Shown here one piece after another: positions 1 to 11,611 of a stretch of DNA of 64,000 nt. The stretch covers positions 2,272,001 to 2,336,000 of the forward strand of contig CBDAOB010000005.1 in NCBI GenBank assembly GCA_965197905.1. Reading direction: 5' to 3'. A program made the position numbers and the translations under genes. Position 1 is the first letter of the stretch; every line of letters begins with the position of its first letter. The stretch is from Candidatus Latescibacterota bacterium (lineage in GTDB: Bacteria; Latescibacterota; UBA2968; UBA8231). The notes beneath the pieces were generated by a model. The model did no database searches. It saw only the letters and a program-made list of their open reading frames with translations, and was not told where the DNA came from.

Positions 1-717
1 GATAGAGACGCGGCGCTGCAACTCGCTCGTGACGAGCTGGAACTGCGAGCTTCGGAATTGCAGATCGAGCTGGGAGAGCGCCTCCGGGCGGAGGAGCGCA
101 TCAAGACATCCCTCGATGAAAAGGAGATTCTTCTTAAGGAAATTCACCACCGAGTTAAGAACAACCTGCAGGTTATCTCGAGTCTTCTCGATCTCCAGTC
201 CTTGCACGTGGAGGACGATCGGGCGCTGGAAATGTTCAAAGACAGTCAGAACAGAATCGAATCAATGGGACTCATTCACGAACGGCTATACCAATCTGAA
301 GACTTCGCACGCATCGATTTCGATGAATATATTCACGAGTTGCTGGTCCACCTCAGCCATTCCTACAGCGTGCCATCCAACAGGGTGACCATCGAAACGA
401 AGGTCGAGAAGTTGGTGCTCGATATTGCCACCGCCATACCGTGCGGTTTGATCGTCAACGAACTCGTATCGAACTGCCTGAAGTACGCGTTTCCGGCGTC
501 GGGCAGCGGCATGATTGAGGTCGGACTGAGGCCTGGCTCCGGCGCGGACACGCACCTTTTGTATGTGAGGGACGATGGGGTGGGCCTACCCGATGGTTTC
601 GATTTTCGCAGGACATCCTCTCTCGGATTAAAGCTCGTCAATGCCTTAGTGAAGCAGCTTGGTGGACGGATCGATTTGGTGCCGCATCGTGGGACGGAGT
701 TCGAAATCTCTTTCTGA
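1..717 (+). CDS. Sensor histidine kinase, HisKA_2/HWE-type (5'-truncated by window edge)
   Basis: H-box EIHHRVKNNLQ, N-box NELVSNCLKYAF, G-boxes DDGVG and SLGL; frame is open from base 1. Confidence 0.9.
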   Translation, partial: DRDAALQLARDELELRASELQIELGERLRAEERIKTSLDEKEILLKEIHHRVKNNLQVISSLLDLQSLHVEDDRALEMFKDSQNRIESMGLIHERLYQSEDFARIDFDEYIHELLVHLSHSYSVPSNRVTIETKVEKLVLDIATAIPCGLIVNELVSNCLKYAFPASGSGMIEVGLRPGSGADTHLLYVRDDGVGLPDGFDFRRTSSLGLKLVNALVKQLGGRIDLVPHRGTEFEISF

Positions 718-727
718 GGGAGCTTAG

Positions 728-2330
728 ATGGAAAACGCTCAGATTCTTGTGGTGGAGGATGAAGCGATCGTCGCGCTCGACATACAGAGCAAGCTGCGTA
801 GTCGCGGGTATGAGGTTCCCGCACTCGCCTCTTCGGGAAAAGAAGCGGTGGAAATAGCAGACGCACTGCGACCTGACCTGGTCCTGATGGACATACAACT
901 GGAGGGTGATGTCGATGGCGTGGAAGCTGCCGAGCAGATCCGCCGCCGCTTCGGCACTCCAGTCGTTTATCTGACCGCCTTCTCGGACGATCAAACCTTG
1001 CAAAGGGCAAAGGTCGCGGAACCATTCGGGTACCTTCTGAAACCGTTTGAAGAGAGGAAGCTTCACGTTGCTATCGAGGTGGCTCTCTACAAGAGTAGGA
1101 TCGACCAGGAAAAGGCGGCGTTGGAGGAACGATTGAGCCAGGCTCACAAGATGGAGGCGATTGGAGAACTCACCACGGGCGTGGCGTTCAATTTCAACAA
1201 CATGCTGCACGGGGTGGTAGGTCACCTCGACTTGGCCCTGTTGCGGGCCCCCGATGAGCTGAAGCCGTACCTGGAAGCGGCGGAATTCGACGCCCAACGC
1301 GCCGCCAAGTTGGTGCAGCAGCTGATGCGTTTTGCTGGCCCGAAAACGCACACACGGAACTTGTGGCACCCGAAGACATCGCCGCGGAGGTCGTTTCTCT
1401 CTTTCGTCAAATTCTCGCCCGGAAACCAGGGAGAGAGATAGAGGTGCTGTTTAGCGCTGGCCCTGACATCGCCCCGGTGCTCGGAAGCGCGAGCCAACTG
1501 AAGCAATGTTTGTAAATCTCTGCACCAACGCGCAGGAGGCGCTTGACCAGGTTCAGGATTCGCAGCCCCTCAAAGGACGGATCGAGCTGTCGGTTGCCAT
1601 GGCCCGGAGGGAGGCGGAGGCAAAAAGCTCCCCGGCCGAAACCGCCCGCTACGTGGTCATAGAGGTTTCCGACAACGGTGTTGGCATCGACCCGCAAGAT
1701 CAAGACCGCATCTTCGAGCCGTTTTATTCGACGCGAAAGTTCCAGGACACAAACCAGGCCACTGGACAGGGAAAAGGGTTGGGGCTGGCTACGGCTTATA
1801 GTTATGTCCGCGAACACCAGGGTTGGATAGAGGTGCATAGTGAACCTGGGTCAGGGGCGGTCTTTTCGATCTATCTCCCGGCATCAGATTCACCTATACA
1901 CACGGCGCCCGATGAGAGGGAAGAGGTCGTGCCGATCTTGACGCCTGGGGAGGGAGAAGAGCAATTTCCTTCGCAAGGCAACGAGACCGTGCTCGTGCTA
2001 GCAGATGTAGATCGATTTCGTCGAATACTGACCGAGATGCTGGAACACAACGGCTACGAGGTGCGCATAGGGATAGGGGTCAGCGATGGCTTGGCGCTCA
2101 TCGAGCACGACGCGGCGATAGACCTCGTTGTTGTGGATGTTTCCGCTTCGGGGACGTCCAGCTCGGAAGCCGTGGCGCAGATTGTGCACGCCCGCCCCGA
2201 GCTAAAGATACTCGTCGTTACGGGGTTGGCACGGACGGGTACTGCATGGAAAGGCGCAAAGGGCGTACTTAACAAGCCGTTCACAACAAATGAGCTGATG
2301 ACTGCCGTGCGGTCTACGCTCGATTCCTGA
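728..2330 (+). CDS. Hybrid response regulator/histidine kinase (REC-HisKA-HATPase-REC) split by two -1 frameshifts (~1340 and ~1505)
   Basis: REC (VVEDE, LMDI, LLKPF) and HisKA-like KMEAIGELTTGVAFNFNN in 728-1441; a bridging frame reads HTELVAPEDIAAEVV...SQLKQ; 1506-2330 has NLCTNA, DNGVG, EPFYST, GLGLA and a C-terminal REC. Confidence 0.8.
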
Positions 2331-2337
2331 GGACCGC

Positions 2338-3304
2338 ATGGCCGACATTCAACTGGGAATCATCGGATCGGGTGGAATGGCCAAAAGCCATGCCGCCGCG
2401 TTTCACGGACTTGATGGCATTCGAATACGTGCGGTCGCCGCGCGCAACCCGGACACCGGACCACAGTTGGCGGAGCAGTTTGGAGCCGATCTCTTCACGG
2501 ATTGGGAATCGCTGATCAGCCAACCTGACCTGGATGCGGTGGCTGTATGCACCAACAACGACAGCCACGGCCCAATAGCTATCGGTGCCATCGAGGCCGG
2601 CAAACATGTGTTTGCGGAATATCCGCTGGCGAGAAGGATCGACGAGGCCAACCGATTGGTGGAACTGGCCAGGGCGGCGCAAACCGTTTTTCGCATTACC
2701 CACCAGGGATTTCCATTGGAGATTAAGCGAGCGGCCGCCGAACTCGGTCCGTTGATGGATGCCATTTTCGTGCGTTTGACCCCCGGCCGTGGAGGTCGTC
2801 CGGAGACACTTTTCAATCTGAATATCTCGGGACCGCCCGCCCTGTTCTTCGTCTACCACCTCTTTCCTCTGGTGGAGCTTTTCGGCCGTGCGGCGTGGGT
2901 CAACGCCAGTTCCCACTACGTCGAACTAGTGGAGAATGGTGGGTATCGGCGTTTTCGCCAATTCGGTTGCTGCGGGTTTTTCAGGCGGTGGTCTCGCTCA
3001 GTGGACCTGGGCGGGAGGCATCGAGGTCGAACAGGCGGAGGAGTTTCAACGCATCATTTTTGCAGGTGGCACCCTGGTTCGGCAGGAGGGCGGTTGGCTG
3101 CTTTCCAGCAGCGAGGGTGTGAAGCCCCTGCCCGTAAACATGGAACCGCGACCTTCTCTGCACGAAACGTTTGTCGCGGATATCCGAGGGGCCGGCGGGG
3201 ATTGGCGAAACGAGTTAGAGAAAGCGCATGCTGCAGTGAGCATCTCCCTCGCCGCCGAGCAGTCGATGCGCGAGGAAAAGCGCATCTTCCTGGAATCACG
3301 GTAA
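2338..3304 (+). CDS. Gfo/Idh/MocA family oxidoreductase, frameshifted at ~2952
   Basis: GIIGSGGMA Rossmann motif, GKHVFAEYP; the C-terminus continues in ORF 2936-3304 after a T-run. Confidence 0.8.
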
Positions 3305-3655
3305 CTCCCGCAGCCCTCTGCGATCGAGGTAATGCTGCAAGCTGTATCTGCCTACCTGGTGCTGCAGGAGGTGGATACAGACCCCCGACAAACAAAGGTT
3401 TTTGACCAGGTTGCTTCGCTGCAGAATGTCCCAGATCCACTGACAGTCAGCGGCAAGCCAGGCAGGATGGCCGAGCACACCTGGGACATGCACGAACACG
3501 GTGACGGCCGCAACAAAAAGGCCAAGAGCGATTGCGGCCCAGCACAGGTGCCAACCAGCGAGCAACAAACTTCCCCATGTTATCAACCATACCTCGCAGC
3601 CGGAAACCAGACGTTTCGAAGGCACCCAGTCCGGCATCAGCCGTTGAATCGACTG
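3296..3655 (-). pseudogene. DoxX-like membrane protein remnant (N-terminus missing)
   Basis: Hydrophobic segments with AAIALGLFVAAVTVFVH and NLVKNLCLSG...GRYSL pattern typical of DoxX/SURF4 proteins. Confidence 0.5.
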
Positions 3656-3671
3656 ATAACAGCGCGGTTCA

Positions 3672-3885
3672 TCAAACCCTCGATGAAGGTGCCCATGGTG
3701 AGGTCACATCCATCGGCCTCAACATGAAACGATCGTTGTCCTCGAAGGACTCCCCCTCCCAGCGCTCGGTCACAGGGGTACGCGCCGTAGCCACCACCCG
3801 GTAAGCACAAGACCATAACCGGCGAACCAGGGCGAGACTGACCCCCGAACCCGCACCCGTAACGAGTATGGTTCGTTGTGTATCG
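3672..3885 (-). pseudogene. SDR oxidoreductase N-terminal fragment
   Basis: Manual translation gives QRTILVTGAGSGVSLALVRRL...YRVVATAR...RPMDVTS followed by an early stop; no start codon in the ORF track. Confidence 0.65.
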
Positions 3886-3893
3886 ATTTTTCG

Positions 3894-3926
3894 CGCGATG
3901 AATGGGCGGTACGGCCATTCATCGCG
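3894..3926. repeat. Perfect 12-bp inverted repeat (REP-like hairpin)
   Basis: cgcgatgaatgg-(9 nt)-ccattcatcgcg. Confidence 0.7.
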
Positions 3927-4017
3927 TAAGTAGATACTCGAACCAGATCCGCCACATACGGCGGCGGAGGGCGAAGAGGCGGTTCGCGAGGCTCAGTTCA
4001 CGCTCGGAGCGTCTCTG

Positions 4018-4046
4018 TTGCTCCTTTTTTGCACCAGAATTATCTT
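4018..4046 (+). promoter_or_regulatory. Putative sigma70 promoter of tRNA-Thr
   Basis: TTGCTC-17 bp-TATCTT, ending 12 nt upstream of the tRNA. Confidence 0.45.
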
Positions 4047-4058
4047 TGATTCGATAGA

Positions 4059-4134
<76 letters not shown>

Positions 4135-4199
4135 AGTTTTAGTGGTTGATATTAAAGCACTTGCGGGAAGGAAGTCTTTGTTTCTCGTAGGTGCTTTTC

Positions 4200-4340
4200 T
4201 TATGCCTCGGCCAGCTTGGTGTCCATATAGTGCCCATTTTCGTACCGAAGGCGCTGAATTGCAGCCTTCTCATGGGCTGGGGCCACGTGAGAATAGCGGA
4301 GTGTTGTTTTGAGATCTTTATGCCCCAGAACCACTCCTTG
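4200..4340 (-). pseudogene. Tyrosine recombinase/integrase C-terminal remnant
   Basis: Manual translation VVLGHKDLKTTLRYSHVAPAHEKAAIQRL...EA* carries the box II LGH...TxxY motif; lies convergent to the tRNA 3' end. Confidence 0.8.
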
Positions 4341-4438
4341 CGTTTGCTCAGGGCCTCGCCGTGTACGCCGTAGTATGAGAAGGCGAAAACGGATTCGAGG
4401 TCGTCCCAGAGAGACAGGAGAACTGTCGCCTTCGTCGA
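4328..4438 (-). pseudogene. DUF3291-like fragment abutting the integrase remnant
   Basis: Manual translation LLSLWDDLESVFAFSYYGVHGEALSKRKEWF resembles the DUF3291 LSxWxxxESxxxFxY...H.....R.EWF pattern. Confidence 0.55.
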
Positions 4439-4441
4439 TAT

Positions 4442-6202
4442 CTAGCGGTTGCTAGTGCTCGCCATCCTCGATAGAGACACCCTGAGCCTTTTGGCAATAT
4501 TCTGCTGTTCTGGCGAGAAGATCAATGCCCTGCGGTACGCAATGACTGCCCCTCCGAAATCGCCTCTGGTGTGGAAACCGAGACCGATATGGAGATAGGC
4601 TTGAGCCATCACGCTGCGGAAAGATTCTTCGAGAATATGTGGATTTGTTGACGCTGCTTCGATCTGGCCTACGGCCAAGCTTTTCTTCGTCGAATCGGTG
4701 CCCATTGACTCAACCGCTAGTTTGTAGAAACGAAGAGTGGAATTCTGCGGGAACTGATCCAAGGCAGCGTCCACGACCGCGTCGCTGTCTTCACCCAGAC
4801 CCATCGCCAAAAGGCAGAGCCGCATTTGGACATCTTCCTGATCCAAAACATCTCGCCCTCGATCAATGGCACGGCGGAGTTGTTGGGCGGCATTTTTGAG
4901 ATCCGAATTTATGTGGTAGCTTCTGCCGGAGGTGTAAAGGGACAGGGCTTCAGCCTTTTTAAGCGAGAAATAGCTCGAGAAGGCAATTGTCGCCAGCAGA
5001 CCCACTTTTATATACCTACCCGATTTTGAAAAACAGCGGCTGGCAACATTGATCAGCCAAGCAAACAGCAACGAGATTCCAGCGCTAGCTGTATAGAGAT
5101 AACGGGGCGGGCCGGCAGGCAAGTAGGCAAGAAACACCTTCTCTGCGAGCAGCAGAAATGGTAGCACCGAGAATAGAATCCAGAAAGCCGCAAGGGAACC
5201 TACAGGTGAGTTCTTCCAAATCAGAACAGCCAGGCAACTTAAAATCGAAGCGCCTAGCCACAACTCCCAAGGGGCCAGTTTGTACATTGGTAAAGGAAGC
5301 CAATGGGCTGTGGTCACTACTCGGCTGAGCAGCCAGAGTAAAACTCGGCCCGCACCCATGATGACTTCGATGGTCTCGAGTCTCCCGCGAATTTGCATTG
5401 ATTCCAGGAAATTGGTCTGCCGTGGTTCGGCGGGGAGGATCAGGACCAACAAACATGCAAAAAAGAGCACTGGCGGCATTAGCTGGCGAAGGGTTGTTGT
5501 CGTGCGCACTCCGTTTCTCCAGGACCATTGCAGAGCAAGGAGCCAAAGGCTTGCAATCGCGGGATGGAACATGAGTCCGGTTATGAGGAAACCGCAGAAC
5601 GCTAGATATTGTGACATCCGTCGGGCCGCTAGAAATCGCACGTAAAATATTAGGGCCGCACATCCGCAAGACACAGCCATGGAGTATGAAAGTGCTGTAA
5701 TCCAATGGATAACCTCGTAGTGACCAACGTTAATAAGAAACAGCAGCCCTGCCATCATGCTGAGCTCCAGGCTGAGTCCAAAATTCCGGAATAAATACGC
5801 GAGCAGGAGAGCGTTCAAACCGTGAATTCCGACGCAAAGCCAGTGATACCAGGTTGGCTCGTTGCCCCAAATCAGGTAAACCACCCACTTGAACAATGTG
5901 TCGGCCGGACGGAGGGCGAGTTCTCTGTCAGATGAAAAAAAGAACGAGAAGTCTTCGCTGATTGCGACGTGGTCCCGGAATGTCTCGATATCGTGGCTAT
6001 CGAGAAGATGCGCGGAAAGGCTGCTGAAGAAAATCCAGGAGACGGCGCAAATGAGGACTGCGAAAAAGAACCATGTTATTCGAGTCTGCTGCGGCTGAAA
6101 TCTGCTTGCAATGTCGCTCAAGACATGGCCGTTGTGGAGACGTGGATCAATGATATATCGTGAGCAGTCCCGGATTCTGTGGCGCCTACCTTGCTGCTCC
6201 AT
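4442..6202 (-). CDS. Polytopic membrane protein with C-terminal TPR (GT-C/TMTC-like glycosyltransferase candidate)
   Basis: About 10 or more TM segments, acidic first loop (LDSHD), RP and HxxN motifs, TPR AYLHIGLGFHTRGDFGGAVIAYRRAL. Confidence 0.7.
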   Translation of the reverse strand: MEQQGRRHRIRDCSRYIIDPRLHNGHVLSDIASRFQPQQTRITWFFFAVLICAVSWIFFSSLSAHLLDSHDIETFRDHVAISEDFSFFFSSDRELALRPADTLFKWVVYLIWGNEPTWYHWLCVGIHGLNALLLAYLFRNFGLSLELSMMAGLLFLINVGHYEVIHWITALSYSMAVSCGCAALIFYVRFLAARRMSQYLAFCGFLITGLMFHPAIASLWLLALQWSWRNGVRTTTTLRQLMPPVLFFACLLVLILPAEPRQTNFLESMQIRGRLETIEVIMGAGRVLLWLLSRVVTTAHWLPLPMYKLAPWELWLGASILSCLAVLIWKNSPVGSLAAFWILFSVLPFLLLAEKVFLAYLPAGPPRYLYTASAGISLLFAWLINVASRCFSKSGRYIKVGLLATIAFSSYFSLKKAEALSLYTSGRSYHINSDLKNAAQQLRRAIDRGRDVLDQEDVQMRLCLLAMGLGEDSDAVVDAALDQFPQNSTLRFYKLAVESMGTDSTKKSLAVGQIEAASTNPHILEESFRSVMAQAYLHIGLGFHTRGDFGGAVIAYRRALIFSPEQQNIAKRLRVSLSRMASTSNR

Positions 6203-6530
6203 AAACGGATTGGCGCCGATGAACTATGATCGACCAAAAACTCAGGGTGATGGTCGCCGACAACCTTGGATGCGAAGCCGTCAACTATTGCGGCGAAGCA
6301 CATATGAAATGCCCCAGCTTAACATCTGACCATCCGCAGAGGATAGGGCGAATAAACGCCATTATCGTTAGTCGCAGCAAGGATCGGTCGGTAGGCTGCC
6401 CGACATTTTTTGGAAAGACAGATAGGGATGGAGGAAGCGACCAAGGAACGCGACGGCGAACTTCTACGCACGGGTCGATTTCGGGACTCAACTGCTCGCG
6501 TCTAGTGAGATTTCACTGGAGGATGGATCG

Positions 6531-6719
6531 ATGACGGAGACAGAGGAAGGTGAGGGAACATTCACGAGTATTCAGCAGCATGTTGGTCGGCCCTGTACCA
6601 AGCAAACGCTTGTTAGCCGAGCAAAGATCCTGCGGGAATCTGGTAGGTCGATAAGAGAAGTGGCCAGGGAATTGAGAATCTCTCCGGCCACCGTTCAGAA
6701 GTACTGTCGCGCTGCCTAA
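6531..6719 (+). pseudogene. Serine resolvase-like C-terminal HTH remnant
   Basis: VGRP followed by GRSIREVARELRISPATVQKY (GRP plus Hin-type HTH). Confidence 0.55.
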
Positions 6720-6768
6720 TCGATATTCTGGGTGCACCTAAGCCGGATGTATGCTGGTCTCACCGAGG

Positions 6769-8716
6769 CTATTCAGAACCATTCCCCTCTATGGTAATCT
6801 CTCCTTCGTAACCAGCCTCAACCAAGCGATCTGCTAATGCCTGCGCCGCACTTGTCGGTAGCGAAGCATTCCCCGTAATACTTAGGTCTTTTGCCACTCG
6901 CAGCAGATTAGTGAATCCCTCTAGATCACCCAATGAGACATTATTTCGGACAGTAAGATCCTCTCCAACTGTAATCAGATTCTCAAATCCATCCACATTC
7001 AACAAGGCCTCATTTGACCCGATAAAGAGATCCTTCCGAATCGAAGCAATATTGTTCAATCCGGTAATTGTGGTCAGTGCAGGGTTCTTATCAATCCGCA
7101 CATTACCAACACTCTCAACCATCTCCAATCCCGCCAGGCTACGCAACGCATCGTTTGATGCTACGTTGATCCGGCGCTCGATTATTGCAAGGCCTCCAAA
7201 GCCTTGCAAACTGTTCAGCGCAATATTGTGAGTAATATTGAGATCGCCTGTGATGCGACCCAGACTGTTGAATCCTAACAAGATGGTCAATTTGTCATTG
7301 GACAGTATCGATACGGAACGACCGACATTACTTAACCGGCTCAGATGTTCGGTACTGGTCAGGGATCTGTTCCCACTAATCCTTACGCTGGTACCGACGT
7401 GTGTCAGATTGCTCAGCCCGTTGAGACTCTCCAGTGAAGGATTTCTTTCTATCAGTAGGCTACCAAGGACTCTTGTAAGACCATCCAAGCCCGTCAGACT
7501 TTCCAACGCACTGTTGAGACCTATTGAACCTGGTGGTGGTCCAACAATCAAATCACCGCCGATACTGACCAGGCTGTTTAGGCCCTGCAGAGTCTTCAGC
7601 TTGCTGTTGTCATTGAGGGATAAAGCTCCTCCCACCTCGGTAAGGCTGTTGAGACCCTCAACTGTTGCCAAAGAAGGGAGACCCCACATAGTGAGGTCGC
7701 CTTGCACTAAGGTGAGGTTGCTCAAGGCACCAAGAGTGCTAACTGGAGACCTTACTATTGAAAGCTCTCCCCTCAATTCAGTCAGGTTGTTCAGTCCTTC
7801 GAGAGTCTCCAACGAGGTGCCGTAAATGCTCAGCCCACCCGCAGTGCTAAGATTATTCAGAGCCTCCACACTATTTAGCGGGTGATTGTTGAAAAGCGAG
7901 ATTTCTTTTCTGACTTCGAGAAGGTTGTTCATGCCATCCAGCGTCGTTAGGGAGAGATTCCCTTCGATAATTAGTTCCCCACCAACTCTTTGAAGGCTCT
8001 CCAACCCATCCAGGCTCGTCAGTTTTCGGTGACCCTCAATCCTAAGCGACCCGCCGACTTCCGACAGACTCTGCAGACCTCGCAGGCTAGTTAGACTGTC
8101 CTTCGACCATATTCCTCAGTAAAATTTCACGCGAGGTGTCTCATTCTACTTGACACGGTCCGCGCCTAAGATTATTCAGAGCCTCCACACTATTTAGCGG
8201 GTGATTGTTGAAAAGCGAGATTTCTTTTCTGACTTCGAGAAGGTTGTTCATGCCATCCAGCGTCGTTAGGGAGAGATTCCCTTCGATAATTAGTTCCCCA
8301 CCAACTCTTTGAAGGCTCTCCAACCCATCCAGGCTCGTCAGTTTTCGGTGACCCTCAATCCTAAGCGACCCGCCGACTTCCGACAGACTCTGCAGACCTC
8401 GCAGGCTAGTTAGACTGTCCGAAGGGAACAACCCGTTTCCTATCACTAGGTCTCCGCCGACTCGGGTCAATTTGCGGAGTCCCTCCAACGAAGTGACGCG
8501 GGAAGGTTGTATATCCAGTGTCCCCGTTATCTCGAAGGCACGTCCCCCCTCGGCGATCAAGCCATCAAAGTCGTCCTGAGAGCGGATCGTATAATCCCCT
8601 TCCAATGTCCTGATGTCACCAGACACTGGATCAAAAGGGTTGCTCTTCGGTGCATCATGACACGAGTAGATGGACACGCTGAGAAACACCAGAGCAACCT
8701 TAAAATAACGAATCAT
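6769..8716 (-). pseudogene. Receptor-L-domain-like LRR lipoprotein, paralog A, split by a 255-bp duplication plus 64-bp insert
   Basis: Lipobox IYSC-HD in 8141-8716; ~25-aa repeats LxxVGGxLxIxxNxxLxSLxGLxx; C-terminal part 6769-8004 ends ADRLVEAGYEGEITIEGNGSE. Confidence 0.85.
7847..8420. repeat. Perfect 255-bp direct repeat (7847-8101 and 8166-8420) around a 64-bp unrelated spacer
   Basis: Base-by-base comparison shows identical copies from ctaagattattcag to ttagactgtcc. Confidence 0.95.
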
Positions 8717-8722
8717 ATTCGG

Positions 8723-9567
8723 TTACTCTGAACCATTGTTCTCAATGGTAATCTCGCCTTCGTAGCCTGCAGCAACTAACCTATCTGCCAATACCTGAGC
8801 CTGACTTTCTGGTAGCGAAATGTTGCCAGTTATGGTCAGGTCCTTCGCTAATCGGAACAGGTTTGCCAACCCATCGAGATCGCGAAGAGCAGCGTTGTCG
8901 CGAACAATCAGATCTTCCCCGACAAATACAAGGTTGTCCAACCCGTTAAGGTTGTGCAGTGCGTCATTTTGGCTGATGAACACGTCCCTGGCTACCGAAG
9001 AGAGATTGTCCAGGCCAGAAAGGGTGGCGAGTGTCGAGTTCTTCTCGATGCGAAGGTCGGCGACGTTGGTCAGATTACTCAGACCATCCAAGGCTGGAAG
9101 CGAGTCGTTGGAGGCGACTCGTAGACGACCCTCGACGATCGCAACATTATTAAGCCCGGCCAAGCTCGTTAGCGCGCTGTTGTCCGTGATATTCAGATCT
9201 CCCTGGATCCGGCTCAGACCTATCAAACCGGACAGGCTCGGCAATGAGCCGTTGAGGCGGACGGCCACGGTCCCGCTGACCTCTTGAAGATTGCTCAGAT
9301 GCTGGATATCTCGGAGATTGGCGTTCTGAATGATCCTTAGTTCCCCACCTACGAAGTCCAACCCTCCAGCCCTGTCAGGCTTTCCAGCGCAGGGTTTCGT
9401 CGTATCTGCAGTTTACCGCGAACCTGCGACAGGCGCTCCATTCCTTTCAGGCTTTTCAACGATCGATTAGTAGTACTTAGTACGTTTTCCTCCGGTGGTC
9501 CAATAAGGAGATCGCCACCTACCAGAGTAAGGTGACTGAGACCCGTCAGACTCAACAGACTATTACT
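8723..9567 (-). pseudogene. LRR paralog B, N-terminus deleted, frameshift at ~9362
   Basis: Same repeats; ends ADRLVAAGYEGEITIENNGSE; 5' part is fused in frame to IS3 orfB (...LVLDA|SNSLLSL...). Confidence 0.85.
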
Positions 9568-10440
9568 GGCATCTAGCACCAACTCGGTACGCAGATGTGT
9601 GGCCATGGCCCAACCGACAATGCGACGGCTCCAGGCGTCCATTACCACGGCCAGATACAAGAAACCGGCCCAGGTGGGTACGTAGGTGATATCGGAGACC
9701 CAGAGCTGATCGGGGCCATGGGCAGTGAAGTCGCGTGAGACCAGATCGGGTGCGATGGCGGCATCGCGTTCGCGGCGGGTGGTGTAGGTACCTTTGCGGC
9801 GGCTTACACCCGCCAGACCGGCCGCCCGCATCAATCGGGAGATGCGCTTGTGGTTCACGCACTTGTCGCGGGCCATGAGCTCGTCGCGCATCCGTGGTAC
9901 GCCGTAGGTACCGCGAGACCAGGTATGGATTTGTTTGATCATCTCGGTCATCTCCGCATCCGAGCGTGAGCGCGCCGATGCAGGTCGTTTCAGCCACGCA
10001 TAGAAGCCGCTGGTGGAGACTTCCAGCATACGGCACATGGTAGCGACGGAGTAGGAGGCCTGATGCGCTTTCACGAACTCGAAGAGCTGGACGGTACCGA
10101 GTCGGTCTCCCGAGCGAACCAGGCCGCGGCTTTTGCCAGAATTTCACGCTCGGTGCGCAGCTGCCGATTTTCCCGGCGCAGGCGACGGAGTTCGGCCTTT
10201 TCGTCCGTAGTGAGGCCATCATCTCTCGAGCCGTCATCCACACTCGCTTGGAACAACCAGTTGCGAATGGTCTGCGCAGAGGGCTCGAATTCCTTTGCGA
10301 GTTCATCCGGCGTCCGACCCGCTCTTACGAGCGCAACCATCTGCTCGCGGAAGTCAGGCGCATACGGTGTACGAGTTCGGGGCATGGGACATCCTCCTTT
10401 TCACAAGAAATGAGGTGTCCACTAAACGGGGTCAAGTCCA
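9568..10440 (-). mobile_element. IS3-family insertion sequence, right end deleted
   Basis: IRL TGGACTTGACCCCGTTTAGTGGACACC ending at 10440; orfA 10071-10385 (HTH, leucine zipper); orfB from 10074 (TYGVPRM, WVSDITY, DAWSRRIVGW) stops before the second D and the E of DDE. Confidence 0.93.
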
Positions 10441-11611
10441 TGATATGAGAATCGTTCGGGATTCGGCCCAGTGCGTCCAAACCTGACAGGCTAAGCAACG
10501 CCTCATTGTTCACGATACCAATGAGACCACCGACATTGCTCAGCTGGCTCAAGTCCTCAATGCTGGTCAGTTTTGGATTTCCATTGATGGTTACGCTACC
10601 AGAAACGATCGCCAGGTTGTTCAGTCCGTTCAGGCTCTCGAGGGAAGGATTGCGTTGCACGATTAGGCTTCCGACGATCCTGGTTAGGCTTTCCAAACCC
10701 TCCAAACTCTCCAATGAAGAATTCCGTCCGGTTTGGTTGCCTGAAGGTCCGATTATCAGATCGCCTGCGACATTAACCAGATTGTTTAGGCTCTGAAGAG
10801 TCCTCAGATTTTGGTTGCCCCATACCTCTGCAGATCCGTCAACTTCAGTTAAATTCTCAAAGCCCAGAAATGACTGAATTGAGGGATTACTATGAATAAT
10901 TAGGTGGTCTCCTACGCTGGTGAGGTTGCTCAATGCGCCGAGAGCCTCCAGATCTGGATTTTGATGAATTGACAGACCCTTTTCTAAGTCATCGGAAATG
11001 TTGTTTAGGCCTTCAAGGCTTTTCAAACCGGTTACGCCAATTGTTAGTTGCCGCAATTTGGTGAGGTTGGTAAGAGCCGCCAGCGTCCCCAAGGCTGGAT
11101 TTACCTGGACATTCAAGCTCCCTACCTCTCGAAGGTTGTTCAAGCCCTCCAGGCTCTCCAAAGTAGGGTTACCCTGAATAAGGAGGGCCTCACCAACTCG
11201 TCTCAGACTTTGCAAACCGTCCAAACTCGTCAGATTTCGTTGACCCGCAATATGGAAGGAGCCTTCCACCTCGCTCAGGTTCTCCAGTCCCGTTAGACTG
11301 GTCAGATAGTCGACAGGTTGAACCCATGCTGTTCCTACCAAGACGTCTCCACCTATGCGAGTTAGATTTCTTAGGCCTTCTAATGTGGAAACGACGGGCT
11401 GAGCTAGGTCCAGTGTACCGGTTATCTCAAAAGCGCGACCACCTTCTGCAATTAGGGCATCAAGATCCTCCTGACAGCGGATCGTATAATTCCCCTCCAG
11501 TGTCTTGATTTCACCACTGACTGGATCGAAGGGATTTTGTCTGGGAGAATCATGACACGAGTACAGTGTCAAGCTGAGAAATACCAGAGCAACTCCTATA
11601 TAACGAATCAC
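10441..11611 (-). pseudogene. LRR lipoprotein paralog C, C-terminus truncated by IS3
   Basis: MIRYIGVALVFLSLTLYSCHDSPRQNPFDP signal/lipobox; repeats run to GRIPNDSHI and then enter the IS3 IRL. Confidence 0.85.

Noticed and set aside
1330..2960. Frameshifts at ~1340, ~1505 and ~2952 as programmed frameshifting or phase variation
   Set aside because: All are single-base indels in or near short homopolymers of otherwise intact genes, with no long slippery tract. Sequencing or assembly error is more likely; reads are needed to confirm.
7847..8420. Diversity-generating retroelement TR/VR pair
   Set aside because: The copies are identical with no adenine-specific mismatches, and no reverse transcriptase is present in the window
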